A DNA stretch of 63,364 nucleotides, filler included. It is 3 parts of 3 records of this genome, joined end to end, with 100 filler letters (N's around TTAATTAATTAA, not from the genome) between each part and the next. Parts side by side here need not be neighbours in the genome. Positions count along the whole stretch, not along the records: positions 30,369 to 55,502 come from SRR22947725_2441; positions 55,603 to 63,364 come from SRR22947725_2456; 1 more part is not named here. The stretch is one strand, 5' to 3'. Made by a program: the position numbers and the translations under genes. Each line of letters begins with the position of its first letter. The stretch's first letter is position 1. Under the pieces are notes generated by a model. The model was not told where the DNA came from, made no database searches, and saw only the letters and a list, made by a program, of their open reading frames with translations. Below are positions 50,883-63,251 of the stretch, piece by piece.

Positions 50883-52130
50883 TTATACAGAAATTTTGTC
50901 TTTTCCCATAAAGTCCTTAAGAATATCCGGAATTACAATACAATTCTCATTTGAATTATAATTATTTTCAACAATCGCAACTAAAGTTCTTCCCACTGCC
51001 AAAGCTGAGCCATTGATCGTATGAGCTAGTACTTTCTTAGATTTATCCTTAATTTTAATGTTAGAGCGTCTTGCTTGAAAGTCACTAAAATTTGAACAAG
51101 AAGAGATTTCTCTGTATTTATTTTGGCTAGGCATCCATACTTCAATATCAAAAGTTTTAGAGGAGCTGAAGCCTAAGTCACCAGCACAAAGCTCAATAAC
51201 TTGATAAGGTAAATCCAGTAATTGAAGAATTTCTTCGGCGTTATTCAAAAGGTTGTTTAAATCGTCCAAGGACTTATCAGGATGACTTACTTGAACTAAT
51301 TCAATTTTTTCAAATTGATGCTGTCTAATAAGACCTTTTGTATCTCTACCATAACTTCCAGCCTCAGATCTAAAGCAAGGAGTATGAGAGGTGACCTTTT
51401 TAGGCAGCTCATCCTTACTAAATGTTTTATTTCTGAATAAATTAGTCAAAGGTACTTCTGCAGTTGGGATAAGGTAAAGGTTATCAGAAACCTTAAATAA
51501 ATCCTCCTCAAATTTTGGAAGTTGTCCTGTACCCATTAGTGATTCTTTATTTGCCATAAATGGGACGTAATATTCTTCATACCCATTTTTATTGGCAATA
51601 TTTAGCATAAAATGTATTAATGATCTTTGTAATTTAGAAAGGTCTCCTTTTAGAACAGAAAACCTTGAACCAGCTATATTTGCAGCTAAGTCTGTATCGA
51701 TATTTGAAGTAATTGAAAGATGGTCTGGTGAGCTAAGAGTTTTAATTTCACCATATTTAGATACAACAACATTATCATTCTCAGAAGATCCCAAAGGGAC
51801 ATCTTCTCTAGGAATATTTGGTATATCAAGCAAGAAGTTATTTATTAAATTTAATAAGTTCTGCAAAGACTCGTCTTTTGATTTTAATTCAGCATTAATT
51901 AAATCAATTGTTTCTTTTAAATTCTCTGTTTCCTCACCCGCTGCCTTGAATTTACCAAACTGAGCAGATAAATCTTTTCTTTTTGACTGAAGTGATTCAA
52001 CGGAAACTTGCAGATCTTTCCTTGAGGAATCTAGTTCATTAAATTTTTCAATATCTAATTCATAACCTCTTTTGAGAAGAGCCTCTTGGGTCTGTTTGGC
52101 CTCATCTCTTAACTTTTTTATGTCTATCAT
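50883..52130 (-). CDS. serS: Serine--tRNA ligase
   Basis: GTGQLPKF, LIPTAEVP, FRSEAGS, RQHQFEK, EISSCSN. Confidence 0.98.
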   Translation of the reverse strand: MIDIKKLRDEAKQTQEALLKRGYELDIEKFNELDSSRKDLQVSVESLQSKRKDLSAQFGKFKAAGEETENLKETIDLINAELKSKDESLQNLLNLINNFLLDIPNIPREDVPLGSSENDNVVVSKYGEIKTLSSPDHLSITSNIDTDLAANIAGSRFSVLKGDLSKLQRSLIHFMLNIANKNGYEEYYVPFMANKESLMGTGQLPKFEEDLFKVSDNLYLIPTAEVPLTNLFRNKTFSKDELPKKVTSHTPCFRSEAGSYGRDTKGLIRQHQFEKIELVQVSHPDKSLDDLNNLLNNAEEILQLLDLPYQVIELCAGDLGFSSSKTFDIEVWMPSQNKYREISSCSNFSDFQARRSNIKIKDKSKKVLAHTINGSALAVGRTLVAIVENNYNSNENCIVIPDILKDFMGKDKISV

Positions 52131-52487
52131 CTATTTACCAAGTATTAATCCAATGTAAGTTGCTAATATCGTCAACGATATTGTAAGCATTATATATAAA
52201 GAACCAATGATTGGACTATTTGATGCAAATAAATCGATGCTCTGACTAGAGAAAGCCGACATCGTAGTAAAAGATCCTAAAAAACCAATTATAAAAAAAT
52301 AATATGAAGCATCTTTTAATTGAATGCTTGAACCAAGAGCGAAACCAATCAATAAGCAACCTATAATATTTATTAGTAATGTGGCTATGGGAAATGAGCT
52401 GAACCAAAATTTTTCAACTAGAACTGTTAATAAATATCTTAATATCGCTCCTAAACCTCCACCTATACCAATTAATATGAGATTCAT
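52131..52487 (-). CDS. crcB: Fluoride efflux channel Fluc/CrcB
   Basis: GGGLGAILRY, TLLINIIG, GFLGSFTTMSAF. Confidence 0.93.
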   Translation of the reverse strand: MNLILIGIGGGLGAILRYLLTVLVEKFWFSSFPIATLLINIIGCLLIGFALGSSIQLKDASYYFFIIGFLGSFTTMSAFSSQSIDLFASNSPIIGSLYIMLTISLTILATYIGLILGK

Positions 52488-52978
52488 TATTTAAGTTCCT
52501 TGAAAAGGATTGTATTAAGTATATTTAAGTTATCTAAATAATCTATAGAGAAAGAATCGTCTGAAATGATTTTTATTATTAATGATCTCTCATCAACATC
52601 TAAAGCAAATGAACCATTTGAAATTTGTGAAATATTATCTTTTTTGAAGCCAAGTTTTAAAATATTAATAATTGCTTTATTAGGCAAGGTTTCTATTTCT
52701 ATGGTTTTAATCTGATTAAATTCAAGATCATTGATCTCAATATATGAATCAGTTATAGAATATTTCTCTCTAAATGGTGAGCTTATATTTATAAAAATTG
52801 TATTATCAATCCGATAAATGTTGCCTTCTGAGACCTGTATTGAATTTGTCATCTCATTGAGAGATGTCTGAGTAAATACGCTTTTGTCTGAAAGTAAAAT
52901 ATTATTGATTAAATCTAGATTGGAAGAAAAGGAATTGCACGAAAATAATGCAATAAGTACAAAATTAAATAATCTCAC
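52487..52978 (-). CDS. lolA: Probable divergent outer-membrane lipoprotein chaperone LolA
   Basis: Signal peptide, FTQ, SEG, P..E pattern; position immediately after ftsK. Confidence 0.6.
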   Translation of the reverse strand: MRLFNFVLIALFSCNSFSSNLDLINNILLSDKSVFTQTSLNEMTNSIQVSEGNIYRIDNTIFINISSPFREKYSITDSYIEINDLEFNQIKTIEIETLPNKAIINILKLGFKKDNISQISNGSFALDVDERSLIIKIISDDSFSIDYLDNLNILNTILFKELK

Positions 52979-55266
52979 TGTCTTTTCGGAACAAGAACTT
53001 CTCTCGATCCATTTGAACTCATTTCAGTTACAAGGCCGGCTTCCTCCATTGTTTCAATTAATCTTGCAGCTCTGTTGTAACCAATTCTCAATTTGCGTTG
53101 GACGGCAGAAATAGATGCACGTCTAGACTCAATAACAAAATTTACAGCCTCATCATATAGCTCATCAGAGTCTTCTGAATTACTCCCAGATGATTCTGAA
53201 CTGCTCCAGCCAGGTATTGGCCCAGTCTCTTGAGCTTCGTTAACAATACTTTCAATATAATCTGGCTCTGCTCTGGACTTCCAATCATTAACTACCCTAT
53301 GAACCTCATCATCTCCAACAAAAGCACCATGAACTCTTATAGGAACTCCAACTCCAGGGGGTAAGTAGAGCATGTCACCATAGCCTAATAATTGTTCTGC
53401 GCCACCTTGATCAATAATAGTTCTAGAATCAATCTTTGATGAGACTTGAAATCCTATTCTAGTTGGAATATTGGCTTTAATAAGACCAGTAATAACATCT
53501 ACTGATGGTCTTTGTGTGGCAAGTATTAAGTGGATTCCTGCTGCCCTGGCTTTTTGTGCAATCCTAGCAATCAAGTGCTCAACTTTTTTGCCAACAAGCA
53601 TCATCATGTCAGCAAACTCATCAACAACAACAACTATTGAAGGTAATGTTTCTAAATACTCCTCTTCATTTTCGTTGAGCGGATTTAATATCTGTTTTCC
53701 ATTTTCTGCAGCTTCTTCAATTTTTTTATTGAAGCCAGCTAAATTTCTTACACCCATCATGGACATTAATTTATATCTTCTGTCCATCTCAACAACACAC
53801 CACCTCAAACCATTTGATGCATCTGTCATATCAGTAATAACAGGAGTGAGAAGATGAGGTATGCCATCATAAACAGATAACTCTAACATTTTAGGATCAA
53901 TCAATATTAATCGAACGTCTTTTGGATCTGATTTAAATAAAAGACTTAAGAGCATGGCATTAACACCAACAGACTTACCTGAGCCCGTTGTTCCAGCTAC
54001 TAATAGATGTGGCATCTTTCCTAAATCAACTACGACAGATTTACCAGCAATATCATGACCAAGTGCTAATGTTAAATTTGAGGTTGATGTCTTAAATGCA
54101 TTTGATGAAAGAATCTCTGTCAGTCTTACCATTTTTCTATTTGTATTAGGTATTTCAATCCCAACAACTGATTTTCCCTCTATAACTTCAACAACCCTTA
54201 CAGAGCTAACCGATAGAGATCTTGCAATATCCTGGGCGATTCCAGTAATTTTACTTGCTTTAGTTCCAGGTGCAGGTTGAATCTCAAACCTTGTTACAAC
54301 TGGTCCTGGTAAGACTGTTTCTACAACAGCCTCAATTCCAAATTCATTTAACTTTGTTTCAAGAAGCAGTGCTAATTCATTTAATTCTTCTTTAGATAAT
54401 GATGATCCATCATCAAGAGCTCTATCAAGCAATTGGGTGCTTGGCATTTTTGTCTTTTTAGAATCAATATCTATTTTATCTGATGGTGTATTAACTTCCT
54501 TTAACTTAGATTCAGTATCAATTTCTTTTTGTTTAGTTGGTATCTCAGGTTTTGGTTTGTTATCGAATAGAATTTTTTTAGTCTTTGGTAGCTTAGCTGT
54601 TTCCATTTTTTTAACTTCTATATTAGCTTTAAATTTTACATACCCATCAGCCAGGATAGATTTAAAACGTGAAGTAAGTTTTCCAATATTATGAAATAAA
54701 GATTTTAAAAGTATGGAAAAGGAAGTGAAGATAGCCAATAAATATTTTCCAATCAGTTGCAGAAAACTTAACCAAGAAAAATTAAATGTATTTGATGACG
54801 CAGGAACTAAAAAAAGTGTAAAAAATATTAAACCCCCTACAGTTCCAATATTAGAAGACAAGCCTCCAAAAAGAAGCTTACCAGTTGCTCCGCCGGAGAT
54901 ACCTGTAAAATAATATTCAAGAATTGAAGAACAGCTTATTAATAAAATAATAGAGCTTGCAATTCTCACAATAACTTTAGAAGAAGAATTATATTTATCT
55001 TTGTAAAAGATTATTTGTGCAGACCAAATACAACCTGTCAATAATAAAATATATGCTGAGTAACCTATTAGTGTGAAAAGGAAATCTGAGATATTTGCCC
55101 CTAGAGGGCCGCCAAGATTAGAAATTGTATTTGTAGAGTTTTGATTAAAAAATCCTGAGTCAGCTGAACTGTAGGATACTAATGCTACAAAAATATATAT
55201 TGAAAGACCGATTAAAAAATAACTAAAAAAGTTTATTGCTGATTTTTTTATATATGGAGAAAACAT
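52975..55266 (-). CDS. ftsK: DNA translocase FtsK
   Basis: N-terminal TM domain, [34 protein letters not shown] gamma domain. Confidence 0.97.
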   Translation of the reverse strand: MFSPYIKKSAINFFSYFLIGLSIYIFVALVSYSSADSGFFNQNSTNTISNLGGPLGANISDFLFTLIGYSAYILLLTGCIWSAQIIFYKDKYNSSSKVIVRIASSIILLISCSSILEYYFTGISGGATGKLLFGGLSSNIGTVGGLIFFTLFLVPASSNTFNFSWLSFLQLIGKYLLAIFTSFSILLKSLFHNIGKLTSRFKSILADGYVKFKANIEVKKMETAKLPKTKKILFDNKPKPEIPTKQKEIDTESKLKEVNTPSDKIDIDSKKTKMPSTQLLDRALDDGSSLSKEELNELALLLETKLNEFGIEAVVETVLPGPVVTRFEIQPAPGTKASKITGIAQDIARSLSVSSVRVVEVIEGKSVVGIEIPNTNRKMVRLTEILSSNAFKTSTSNLTLALGHDIAGKSVVVDLGKMPHLLVAGTTGSGKSVGVNAMLLSLLFKSDPKDVRLILIDPKMLELSVYDGIPHLLTPVITDMTDASNGLRWCVVEMDRRYKLMSMMGVRNLAGFNKKIEEAAENGKQILNPLNENEEEYLETLPSIVVVVDEFADMMMLVGKKVEHLIARIAQKARAAGIHLILATQRPSVDVITGLIKANIPTRIGFQVSSKIDSRTIIDQGGAEQLLGYGDMLYLPPGVGVPIRVHGAFVGDDEVHRVVNDWKSRAEPDYIESIVNEAQETGPIPGWSSSESSGSNSEDSDELYDEAVNFVIESRRASISAVQRKLRIGYNRAARLIETMEEAGLVTEMSSNGSREVLVPKRQ

Positions 55267-55325
55267 TTTTAGTTTAATAACCCTTATTTTTTATAAAAAT
55301 TTAACTATTTATGAATAACATTTAA

Positions 55326-55502
<177 letters not shown>

Positions 55503-55602
55503 NNNNNNNNNNNNNNNNNNNNNNNNNNNNNNNNNNNNNNNNNNNNTTAATTAATTAANNNNNNNNNNNNNNNNNNNNNNNNNNNNNNNNNNNNNNNNNN
55601 NN
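55503..55602. other. Artificial contig-joining spacer
   Basis: N-run, TTAATTAATTAA, N-run. Confidence 0.98.
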
Positions 55603-56299
55603 CAACACCTACAAACATTTCAACAAAATCAGAACCAGAAATCGTAAAAAAAGGAACACCAGCTTCACCCGCAACAGCTTTAGCTAAAAGCGTTTTACCT
55701 GTTCCAGGAGGACCAACAAGTAGAACTCCTTTTGGTATTTTACCGCCTAATTTTTGAAATTTAGCTGGATCTTTTAAAAATTCTACAACCTCCTCCAGCT
55801 CTGATTTAGCTTCATCTATGCCTGCCACATCTTTAAATGTAACCTTATCTCTATGCTCTGTTAAAAGTTTAGCTTTAGATTTTCCAAAACCCATAGCACC
55901 CTTTGAACCACCTTGCATTTGTTTCATAAAGAAAATCCATACACCAATAAAAAGAAGCATAGGAAACCATGATATTAAAACAGAGAATATTCCAGGCATT
56001 CCGTTTTCGATTGGCTCAGAAGTAACTTTAATTCCCTTTTCAGACAATTTGTTAGCTAATTCTTCTTCTTTAGGAATTAATGAATAAAAAGGAACACCAC
56101 TACTAGATGCTCCAGAAATTTTATCACCCTGAATACTAACTTCTCTTACTTCACCAGCATTAACTCTTGCTAAAAAATCAGAGTAAGCTATTACATTAGT
56201 AGTATTCTGAGAAGACGATCCTTGAAACACGTTAAAGATTGCAACTAATACAAGAGAGATAATTACCCAAACTGCAATATTTTTTCCGAAATTATTCAT
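55603..56299 (-). CDS. ftsH: ATP-dependent metalloprotease FtsH, N-terminal part (truncated)
   Basis: Two TM segments, [32 protein letters not shown]. Confidence 0.97.
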
Positions 56300-56332
56300 T
56301 TTTTTCCTTTTATACTTTTAACATTTTGACAC

Positions 56333-57631
56333 TTACATAAATATAGAGTTAATGAGGGAAAGCTCATAGGAGTTACCTTCAGAATTAGTTTTAGTATGTG
56401 ATTTACCAACATACTTACTAAAATAGGGTTTGATAGTCATTCCTTCAAGAGTTGACATAAAAGGAATTGTACTATTTATATCATCTTCACATTCTACAAA
56501 AGGGTTATTATTTTTCACACTTTCAAAATTATGAAACTCTGAACTAATTATATTACCAGAATATTTACTTGTTAAAAAAAATCGCCCATCAAAAATATAT
56601 TTTTTATTTTTTATTATTTCTATATCAAAATTTATGTTTCTATTTTCTCTAGTAAAAAATAAATATGATTTCTTTAAAGATATTTTAACATTTCCTAAAT
56701 TTGTATTTTTAAATACAGGACTAAAAATATGTTTTAAACAATTTAATGTTTTTTTTCTTTTAGGTGCATATTCGTTTCCTCCCACAGTTTTGATTATTCT
56801 ACCAAAAATGCTAATAGTAAATAAATTAGATTTTTCAAAAATATTTTGTAAATTCTTAAAATCAACCCTTATTGCTCCCCTATTATCAATCAATATATTA
56901 TTTTGAACCCATTCACTAAAAATTTTATTAATTTTTAATAAAAGCTGTTTATTAAGTAAACTAAATTTTATTATATCATTTGATATAGTAGGCCAGTTGC
57001 TCACTCTAATTTTCTTTAATGTATCTCTAACCCTGGCTCTCTCGAATTTTAACATAAAGTTGGATTGATCTTCAAAAAAGATAACATTATTACTATTTGC
57101 ATAATCGATTATCTGACGTTTTTTAAAAAATATCAATGGTCTTAAAATTAAAGTATCATTCCAAATCATTCTATCTTGCATACCTCTAAGACCTTCGATA
57201 CCTGAACCTTTAACTGATCTCATAAATATAGTTTCTACTAAATCATCTACATGATGACCTAAAATTAAATTAGCTGATAATTCAAAAGCTACATCGCATA
57301 GTAATCTTCTTCTTTCTTTTCTTGCCCAATTTTGAATATTACCACTAGGCTTTTTGATAATAATTTTTTTTATAATTGTGCTAAATCCATGGCTTATTGC
57401 TATATCTTGAACAACTTTAGCTTCATTTGAAGAGTTTGATCTTAGATCATGGTCAATTATTACCGGAAAAACTTCAATTTTTAAACTTTTATTAGATATT
57501 ATGAAGCGTTTAAGAAGGCTTAACAAGACCATTGAGTCTATTCCACCAGATAAACCAAGGATAAACTTTCTTTTATCAGTCTTTAAATTTAAACATAGCT
57601 CTCTGAAATTATCATTAAAATTTTCTATCAT
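56333..57631 (-). CDS. tilS: tRNA(Ile)-lysidine synthetase
   Basis: SGGIDS PP-loop, DHDLR, GHHVDD, RPL, EDQSN; position upstream of ftsH. Confidence 0.92.
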   Translation of the reverse strand: MIENFNDNFRELCLNLKTDKRKFILGLSGGIDSMVLLSLLKRFIISNKSLKIEVFPVIIDHDLRSNSSNEAKVVQDIAISHGFSTIIKKIIIKKPSGNIQNWARKERRRLLCDVAFELSANLILGHHVDDLVETIFMRSVKGSGIEGLRGMQDRMIWNDTLILRPLIFFKKRQIIDYANSNNVIFFEDQSNFMLKFERARVRDTLKKIRVSNWPTISNDIIKFSLLNKQLLLKINKIFSEWVQNNILIDNRGAIRVDFKNLQNIFEKSNLFTISIFGRIIKTVGGNEYAPKRKKTLNCLKHIFSPVFKNTNLGNVKISLKKSYLFFTRENRNINFDIEIIKNKKYIFDGRFFLTSKYSGNIISSEFHNFESVKNNNPFVECEDDINSTIPFMSTLEGMTIKPYFSKYVGKSHTKTNSEGNSYELSLINSIFM

Positions 57632-58611
57632 TCAGCAGAGCATTTTTTTTCATTCTTTAAAGAATTTATCCTTTTAACAAATTTCTCTGATGGGTTAACC
57701 ATAAATTCTAATGACTGATTCAGAATATCACATAATTGATTTTTAGGCGCAAAATTAACTGCAGCTTCTGCAATAAGCAACGTCGTCTCTTGAAAACGTG
57801 GGTCATTAGGAAAAATACTGTTAAATTCTGCCATTGCAATGGCCGCTTCCTCATATTTTTTTTGAGCAAAATAAACTCTACCTAACCAATATTGGGCATC
57901 CGCCTGTAGCTTATTATTTTTATGTCTAATAAGAAATTCTTTGAAAGCTTTCTCGGCATTTTCGAAATCAAGTTGCCTAGCTAAATCTAAAGCATAATTA
58001 AAACTTTCTTCAGCTGTCACTTTAGATAATTTTAAAGCATCTTTATTATCAACAACTTCTGTGTCAGTAACTTTTTTTTGATTTTCGGCATCTGTATTAG
58101 GGGCTTCTTTAATAAAGCCTAAAACGCCATCTGTTTTTCCATCCAAACTTTTCTTTTTTATATTTTCAATTTTTTGTTTTTGAAAAGTTGGTTTAGCTTC
58201 AGATTTGAAGTCATTTACTTCTTTAGTATTATCATCTAGAATAGATTTCAACTGCAAATGACGCTCTATTCTTTTTAGAGCAAAGTCTAAATTATATGAC
58301 AAGTTTGTAATGTTTTTAATATTATTTTCTAATTGCCTGATATTAGAACTTAATTCATTCACCTGGTTTTCTAAAACTTTCAGATTTTTATTTTGTGTAC
58401 CAAAATTTGATTGTTGCTCGAGAGACCCAACTAATTTTTTAATATTATCTTCCATTCTCAATATTTTTTCTTGTTGAATGGAAACAATATCCTTCAAACC
58501 TTCAATCGATTGAGCCATGACTGGTCCAGCAAATAGTAGGGTGAATAACAAAATATTTCTAAAATGCTTAAAAATTACTACTAATCCATGAAAATAAAAA
58601 ATAATCATCAC
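57628..58611 (-). CDS. cpoB: Tol-Pal protein CpoB/YbgF (coiled coil plus TPR)
   Basis: Signal peptide, coiled coil, AQYWLG TPR; follows pal; exact start uncertain. Confidence 0.8.
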   Translation of the reverse strand: MMIIFYFHGLVVIFKHFRNILLFTLLFAGPVMAQSIEGLKDIVSIQQEKILRMEDNIKKLVGSLEQQSNFGTQNKNLKVLENQVNELSSNIRQLENNIKNITNLSYNLDFALKRIERHLQLKSILDDNTKEVNDFKSEAKPTFQKQKIENIKKKSLDGKTDGVLGFIKEAPNTDAENQKKVTDTEVVDNKDALKLSKVTAEESFNYALDLARQLDFENAEKAFKEFLIRHKNNKLQADAQYWLGRVYFAQKKYEEAAIAMAEFNSIFPNDPRFQETTLLIAEAAVNFAPKNQLCDILNQSLEFMVNPSEKFVKRINSLKNEKKCSAE

Positions 58612-58652
58612 ATAAAAATATGGAAAGAAATATTAATAGAGATTTATTAATA

Positions 58653-59153
58653 TTAATTTATAATGGTAACAGCACGTCTGTTTTTAGACCAAGCCATACC
58701 ATTTGAACCAACGACGGCTGGCTTTTCTTTCCCATAGGAAATAACTTTAATTCTATCAGGGTCAATTCCTTGAATAACTAAATAATCCCTTACTGCCGTT
58801 GCTCTTTGTTCACCCAAGGCTAAGTTATACTCACGGGTGCCTCGTTCGTCACAGTGACCTTCTACTATAAAGTTTAAGTCAGAGTTAGCTCTTAAAAACC
58901 TAGATTGTGCATCAAGAAGTATTTTTGCACTTGAGTCTAACTTAGAAGAGTCATAATCAAATAAAACTCTATCACCTACTGCAATTAATTTATCAGCAGC
59001 TGTTTGTTTAGCTTGAGAAAACAAACTATTCTTTTTATCAACTGAGCTTGAGGTAGATCCAGAATTGGAACCTGTAACCACCTTTTGAGATGCTGTTTCA
59101 CAAGCTGAAAGCAGAGATACAGCTCCTATAATAGCAATAATTTTCATTTTCAT
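58653..59153 (-). CDS. pal: Peptidoglycan-associated lipoprotein
   Basis: Lipobox LSAC, FDYDSS, EGHCDERGTREYNLALGEQRA, NRRA. Confidence 0.97.
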   Translation of the reverse strand: MKMKIIAIIGAVSLLSACETASQKVVTGSNSGSTSSSVDKKNSLFSQAKQTAADKLIAVGDRVLFDYDSSKLDSSAKILLDAQSRFLRANSDLNFIVEGHCDERGTREYNLALGEQRATAVRDYLVIQGIDPDRIKVISYGKEKPAVVGSNGMAWSKNRRAVTIIN

Positions 59154-59262
59154 TATACTCTCCTTAAAACTAAACAGTTGATCAATATTTGAATAATTTA
59201 AATATTTTTTGACATTAACTCAATTTATTATAACATTCAACTTTTTTAGAAAATTCTAACTT

Positions 59263-60615
59263 TTAATTTGGCAATAAAGGTGACCAAGCTGGATCCGAGC
59301 CATCACTAGGCGTAATAATTCTTGTTTCTCTAAAACCCGTAATGTCAATTTTATATAAGTTAACACTAGCACTCTTTCCATCATCAATAGGGGCATCTTG
59401 TTTAAAATACATCAACACTCTTCCATTTGGAGCCCAGGTTGGTCCCTCTACTAAATAACCTTCTGCTAACAATCTTTCATTAGAACCATCTTGTGACATA
59501 ACACCTATGTAAAATTTGTTTTTTAGCATTTTAGTAAATGCTATTAAATCTCCTTTTGGAGCCCAAACCGGCGTTGCGTATCTACCTTTTCCAAAAGATA
59601 TTCTCTTAACATCATTACCTTTAGAATCCATAATATAAATTTGCTGCGAACCACCTCGGTCTGAGTTAAAAATAACGCGTTTCCCATCAGGTGAGAAACT
59701 AGGTGAGGTATCAATTGAACTATTATTTGTCAATCTTGTAACTTTTTGATTATTTAAATTCATAGTATAAATATCTGTTATACCTTTTGTAGCTAGACTC
59801 ATTATAATTTTGTCACCTGATGGAGAAAATCTTGGAGCGAATGTCATTCCAGGGAAGGATCCCAACAATTCTTGCTGACCTGTTTCTAGATTAAAAATAT
59901 AAACTCTAGGTTCATTTTTAAAATAAGCTAAATAGGTAATCTCTTGAGTTGTAGGAGAAAACCTCGGTGTTAGCACCAAGAAGCTACCATCTGTTAAATA
60001 TTGATGATTTTCACCATCTTGGTCCATTATGGCGAGTCTTTTTAAACGTTTATTTTGCGGACCAGATTCAGCAACGTAAACTATTCTTGTATCAAAATAA
60101 CCACTATCTCCTGATAATCTTTGAAAGATTTCATCTGAAATTATATGAGCCACTCTCCTCCACGCATTTGCGTCAACAATCAATCTTAAACCTATGAGAT
60201 CAGTTTGAGCAACAACATCCCAAAGCCTAAATTCTACCTCTACCTGTTGGTTATTTATATTTTTTACTGAGCCAGTAATTAAAGCCTTTACACCTAGTGG
60301 AGACCAGTCTGTAAAATTAGGTCTTACTGATGGGCTCGTAGGAGGAGCTATAAAAGCAGCGCTTTCAAGTGCTTTAAATTGTCCAGATCCAACTAAATTA
60401 TTCGAAATAACCTCAGAAATTTTTCGTCCTATTTCATTTGCTTTGCCTTCTTGTCCAGTAAAGTCTGCAATAGCAATTGGTAGCGGCTCCACTTGTCCTG
60501 AGCTAATTTTTATTCTTAAATCCTGGGCCAAAACCTGATTGATTAACAAAGGAGAAATTAAAATTAAAATTTTAAGAACTATTAATTTTAAGTTTTTATT
60601 CAAAATAAATCCCAT
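59263..60615 (-). CDS. tolB: Tol-Pal beta-propeller protein TolB
   Basis: [19 protein letters not shown], repeated P.FSPDG motifs, SDPAWSP. Confidence 0.97.
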   Translation of the reverse strand: MGFILNKNLKLIVLKILILISPLLINQVLAQDLRIKISSGQVEPLPIAIADFTGQEGKANEIGRKISEVISNNLVGSGQFKALESAAFIAPPTSPSVRPNFTDWSPLGVKALITGSVKNINNQQVEVEFRLWDVVAQTDLIGLRLIVDANAWRRVAHIISDEIFQRLSGDSGYFDTRIVYVAESGPQNKRLKRLAIMDQDGENHQYLTDGSFLVLTPRFSPTTQEITYLAYFKNEPRVYIFNLETGQQELLGSFPGMTFAPRFSPSGDKIIMSLATKGITDIYTMNLNNQKVTRLTNNSSIDTSPSFSPDGKRVIFNSDRGGSQQIYIMDSKGNDVKRISFGKGRYATPVWAPKGDLIAFTKMLKNKFYIGVMSQDGSNERLLAEGYLVEGPTWAPNGRVLMYFKQDAPIDDGKSASVNLYKIDITGFRETRIITPSDGSDPAWSPLLPN

Positions 60616-60683
60616 CTAAAATCTAATATTATATTATTAATTACTTTTATAAGGCATGATTATGGCAATCCAACAAAAAATAC

Positions 60684-61568
60684 CTAATACCTATATATAA
60701 ATGAGGTATCAAAGTCAAAAAAGAAGCTTTTAAATTGAGAAGCTTTATTTTTAGGCAAAGGTAAAGGCGAACAGTCAAGTACTGCCCTTCTTGCAGAATC
60801 TGCTGTTGCTCTATAAAAAGTATCCTTAACGTAACGAGATTGATCATCAATTTCTACACTATTAACTGACCCATCCATATTGGCACTTATTTTTAATGGA
60901 ATGATAATTTTCACTTCACTTGCACCAATTGAGGTATCCCAGCATTTACTGATATAATTCCGAAGTTTATCTATCTCGGTTTGAGTAAGTTTAGCCTCTG
61001 TCTCCAAAGATCGTTTAGATGTGTTTCCTACTATTTGTTTTAATTTATTCAAAACATTTTTATTATTATTTTGTGATTTATTAATCTTATCTTTATTTAT
61101 AATTGGCTGAGGTTTTGTAAGTGTTTTTAATATTCCCTTAGCTAAAATTTTGTTTTGTTTTTTCTTTATTTCTTTAGGCTTGGTTTTTACTTTTGGTACA
61201 GAAACTTTTTTATTTTTCTCAATTTTAGACTTTGGCTTTTTCTTAATTAGTTCAGCTATTTCTTTAAGTTTTTTTTTCTTTTTCAATTCTATGTTTTTTT
61301 TATCAATTATTTTTTTACTAGGTAATGGAGGAGGTGGAGGAGGTGTTTTTTTAACTTTATCCTCTTGGACTATATCTTTTTTTATTTTTTTAGCTTCTTT
61401 ATTAGGATTTCCGAGTTTAAGAACAGTTTTAGCGCCCACAAGAGTATCTTCTACAATATCAATAGGTTGTTCGAAAGGTTCTTTAACTTTAAATGAGGGC
61501 AAGCCGTAATAGGCAACTAATATAAAAAAAACATGAAGCCCTATTGAAATAAAAGTTGACTTAACCAT
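60684..61568 (-). CDS. tolA: TolA-like energy transducer
   Basis: N-terminal S..LH TM motif, Lys/Pro-rich linker, ADSARRAV..CSPL C-domain. Confidence 0.82.
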   Translation of the reverse strand: MVKSTFISIGLHVFFILVAYYGLPSFKVKEPFEQPIDIVEDTLVGAKTVLKLGNPNKEAKKIKKDIVQEDKVKKTPPPPPPLPSKKIIDKKNIELKKKKKLKEIAELIKKKPKSKIEKNKKVSVPKVKTKPKEIKKKQNKILAKGILKTLTKPQPIINKDKINKSQNNNKNVLNKLKQIVGNTSKRSLETEAKLTQTEIDKLRNYISKCWDTSIGASEVKIIIPLKISANMDGSVNSVEIDDQSRYVKDTFYRATADSARRAVLDCSPLPLPKNKASQFKSFFFDFDTSFIYRY

Positions 61569-61572
61569 TGCC

Positions 61573-61998
61573 TCAACTTTCTTTTAACTTCGCGACTAGT
61601 GCTACCTTCTTAAAACCAGAGCTTTTAATTTTTGCAATAGTTTCTAAAACTATACCATATGGGACATCTTTATCACCTCTTACATATATTCTAAGATTTT
61701 TATTTCCAGCAGAGATAGCCTTAAGACGAGGCAATAACTGAACTGTGTCAATCACTCTTTCCTGCAAATATAAATCCCCAGTTTTTTTTATACTAACTAC
61801 AATTGGGTCACCCTTTTGATTTAGCTGAGCTGCTTTAGTTTTTGGAAGATCAACTGACACTCCTACTGTTAGAAGAGGCGCAGTAATCATAAACACAATT
61901 AACAATACAAGCATTACATCAACAAATGGCGTAACGTTAATCTGATTAATTGATTTATTTTTTTTGCGTAAACCTTTTAAAAGCATTCGATTAGACAT
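61573..61998 (-). CDS. tolR: TolR
   Basis: INVTPFVDVMLVLLIVFMITAP, RGDKDVPYG; start placed at 61998 (61986 also possible). Confidence 0.95.
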   Translation of the reverse strand: MSNRMLLKGLRKKNKSINQINVTPFVDVMLVLLIVFMITAPLLTVGVSVDLPKTKAAQLNQKGDPIVVSIKKTGDLYLQERVIDTVQLLPRLKAISAGNKNLRIYVRGDKDVPYGIVLETIAKIKSSGFKKVALVAKLKES

Positions 61999-62752
61999 TA
62001 TGTTTTTTTTCCATCTCATTAAGTTTTTTTGATAAAAACTCAATTGAAAAATATTCTAAATTACTAGAAATTTTATCTAAGTCATTTGAAAATTTATTAT
62101 AAGCGGCAACCGCAGGAATTGCAGCTAATAATCCTAGAGCTGTAGCAAATAATGCTTCAGCTATACCAGGCGCTACAACTGCAAGACTAGTGTTATTACT
62201 GATCGCAATTGACTGAAAAGCGTTTACTATTCCCCAAACTGTTCCTAACAAACCAATAAATGGACCAACAGAACCTATTGAGGCTAAAAAACTCATTCCA
62301 TTTTCTAATTTTTCGACTTCTTTAGCAATTTCTATTTGTAATACTGTTTCGATTCTTTGAAAAAGTTCTTTTATTTTGTATTTATCTCTTGCAAGCAAAT
62401 TGTTGGAATGAATTTTATTAAATTCAATCATACCTAGCATAAAGATTTTTACTTGAGCATTTAGCTGATTATGATCTTTTATCTCACTTTTATAAAAATC
62501 AAATAACTCATCATCATCTACATCTTCATTTATAAAGTTAACTTCAAAGTTTGCAGATATTTTTTTTTCTTTTCTAATTATCTTCGATTTATTAATAATT
62601 ATGGTCCAACACCAAATTGAAGCTATTACAAGCAAAAACATTATTAATTGGACAAAAATATCAGCGTCTGCAATCAATCCCAACAATGATAGATCATGAC
62701 CTTCTGAAATTTTTTCTATATCAACTTGTGGAGTCTGCACTTCATTAGCCAT
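61991..62752 (-). CDS. tolQ: TolQ
   Basis: GPFIGLLGTVWGI, VAPGIAEALFATALGL. Confidence 0.96.
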   Translation of the reverse strand: MANEVQTPQVDIEKISEGHDLSLLGLIADADIFVQLIMFLLVIASIWCWTIIINKSKIIRKEKKISANFEVNFINEDVDDDELFDFYKSEIKDHNQLNAQVKIFMLGMIEFNKIHSNNLLARDKYKIKELFQRIETVLQIEIAKEVEKLENGMSFLASIGSVGPFIGLLGTVWGIVNAFQSIAISNNTSLAVVAPGIAEALFATALGLLAAIPAVAAYNKFSNDLDKISSNLEYFSIEFLSKKLNEMEKKHNV

Positions 62753-62774
62753 AATTCAAACCTTTTATTTATCT

Positions 62775-63236
62775 TTATGATTTATTTTGAAAAAATTTAT
62801 GATTTAATATCGTATTCATTCTTCTTACTTTATTTTGACTGTTAATAGCAACTATTTGTATAACGCCTGAAACTAACAACTCATGTTCGTGATTATTGCT
62901 GTCATATTTAAATGCAATTTGATTAAGAGTTATACTAGAGTTTTTGGCATATTTAAGGCAAGTTTCTATTACAAGCTTATCATTCAACTTTGCAGACTTA
63001 TACCAATTAACATCTACTTTTTTAACTACTAAGATTATATCAAATTCTTTTTTTAAGTTTAATTGATCAATTTTTAACAAATTTAATAAAGAAGAACGGG
63101 CTCTTTCAAAATATTTTAAATAGTTAGTATGATAGACAATTTGGCCAGAGTCAGTATCTTCATAAAACACTCTTAGTCTATAAAAGTGTTTATCACCTGT
63201 AATAGATCCATCTAAATTTTCAAAATTATTATTCAT
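62775..63236 (-). CDS. ybgC: Tol-Pal-associated acyl-CoA thioesterase
   Basis: RVFYEDTDSGQIVYHTNYLKYFERAR. Confidence 0.93.
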   Translation of the reverse strand: MNNNFENLDGSITGDKHFYRLRVFYEDTDSGQIVYHTNYLKYFERARSSLLNLLKIDQLNLKKEFDIILVVKKVDVNWYKSAKLNDKLVIETCLKYAKNSSITLNQIAFKYDSNNHEHELLVSGVIQIVAINSQNKVRRMNTILNHKFFQNKS

Positions 63237-63251
63237 TAAGTTTCAAAAAAA

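Noticed and set aside
52487-52560. Fluoride riboswitch upstream of crcB
   Set aside because: crcB is translationally coupled to the upstream gene, leaving no leader
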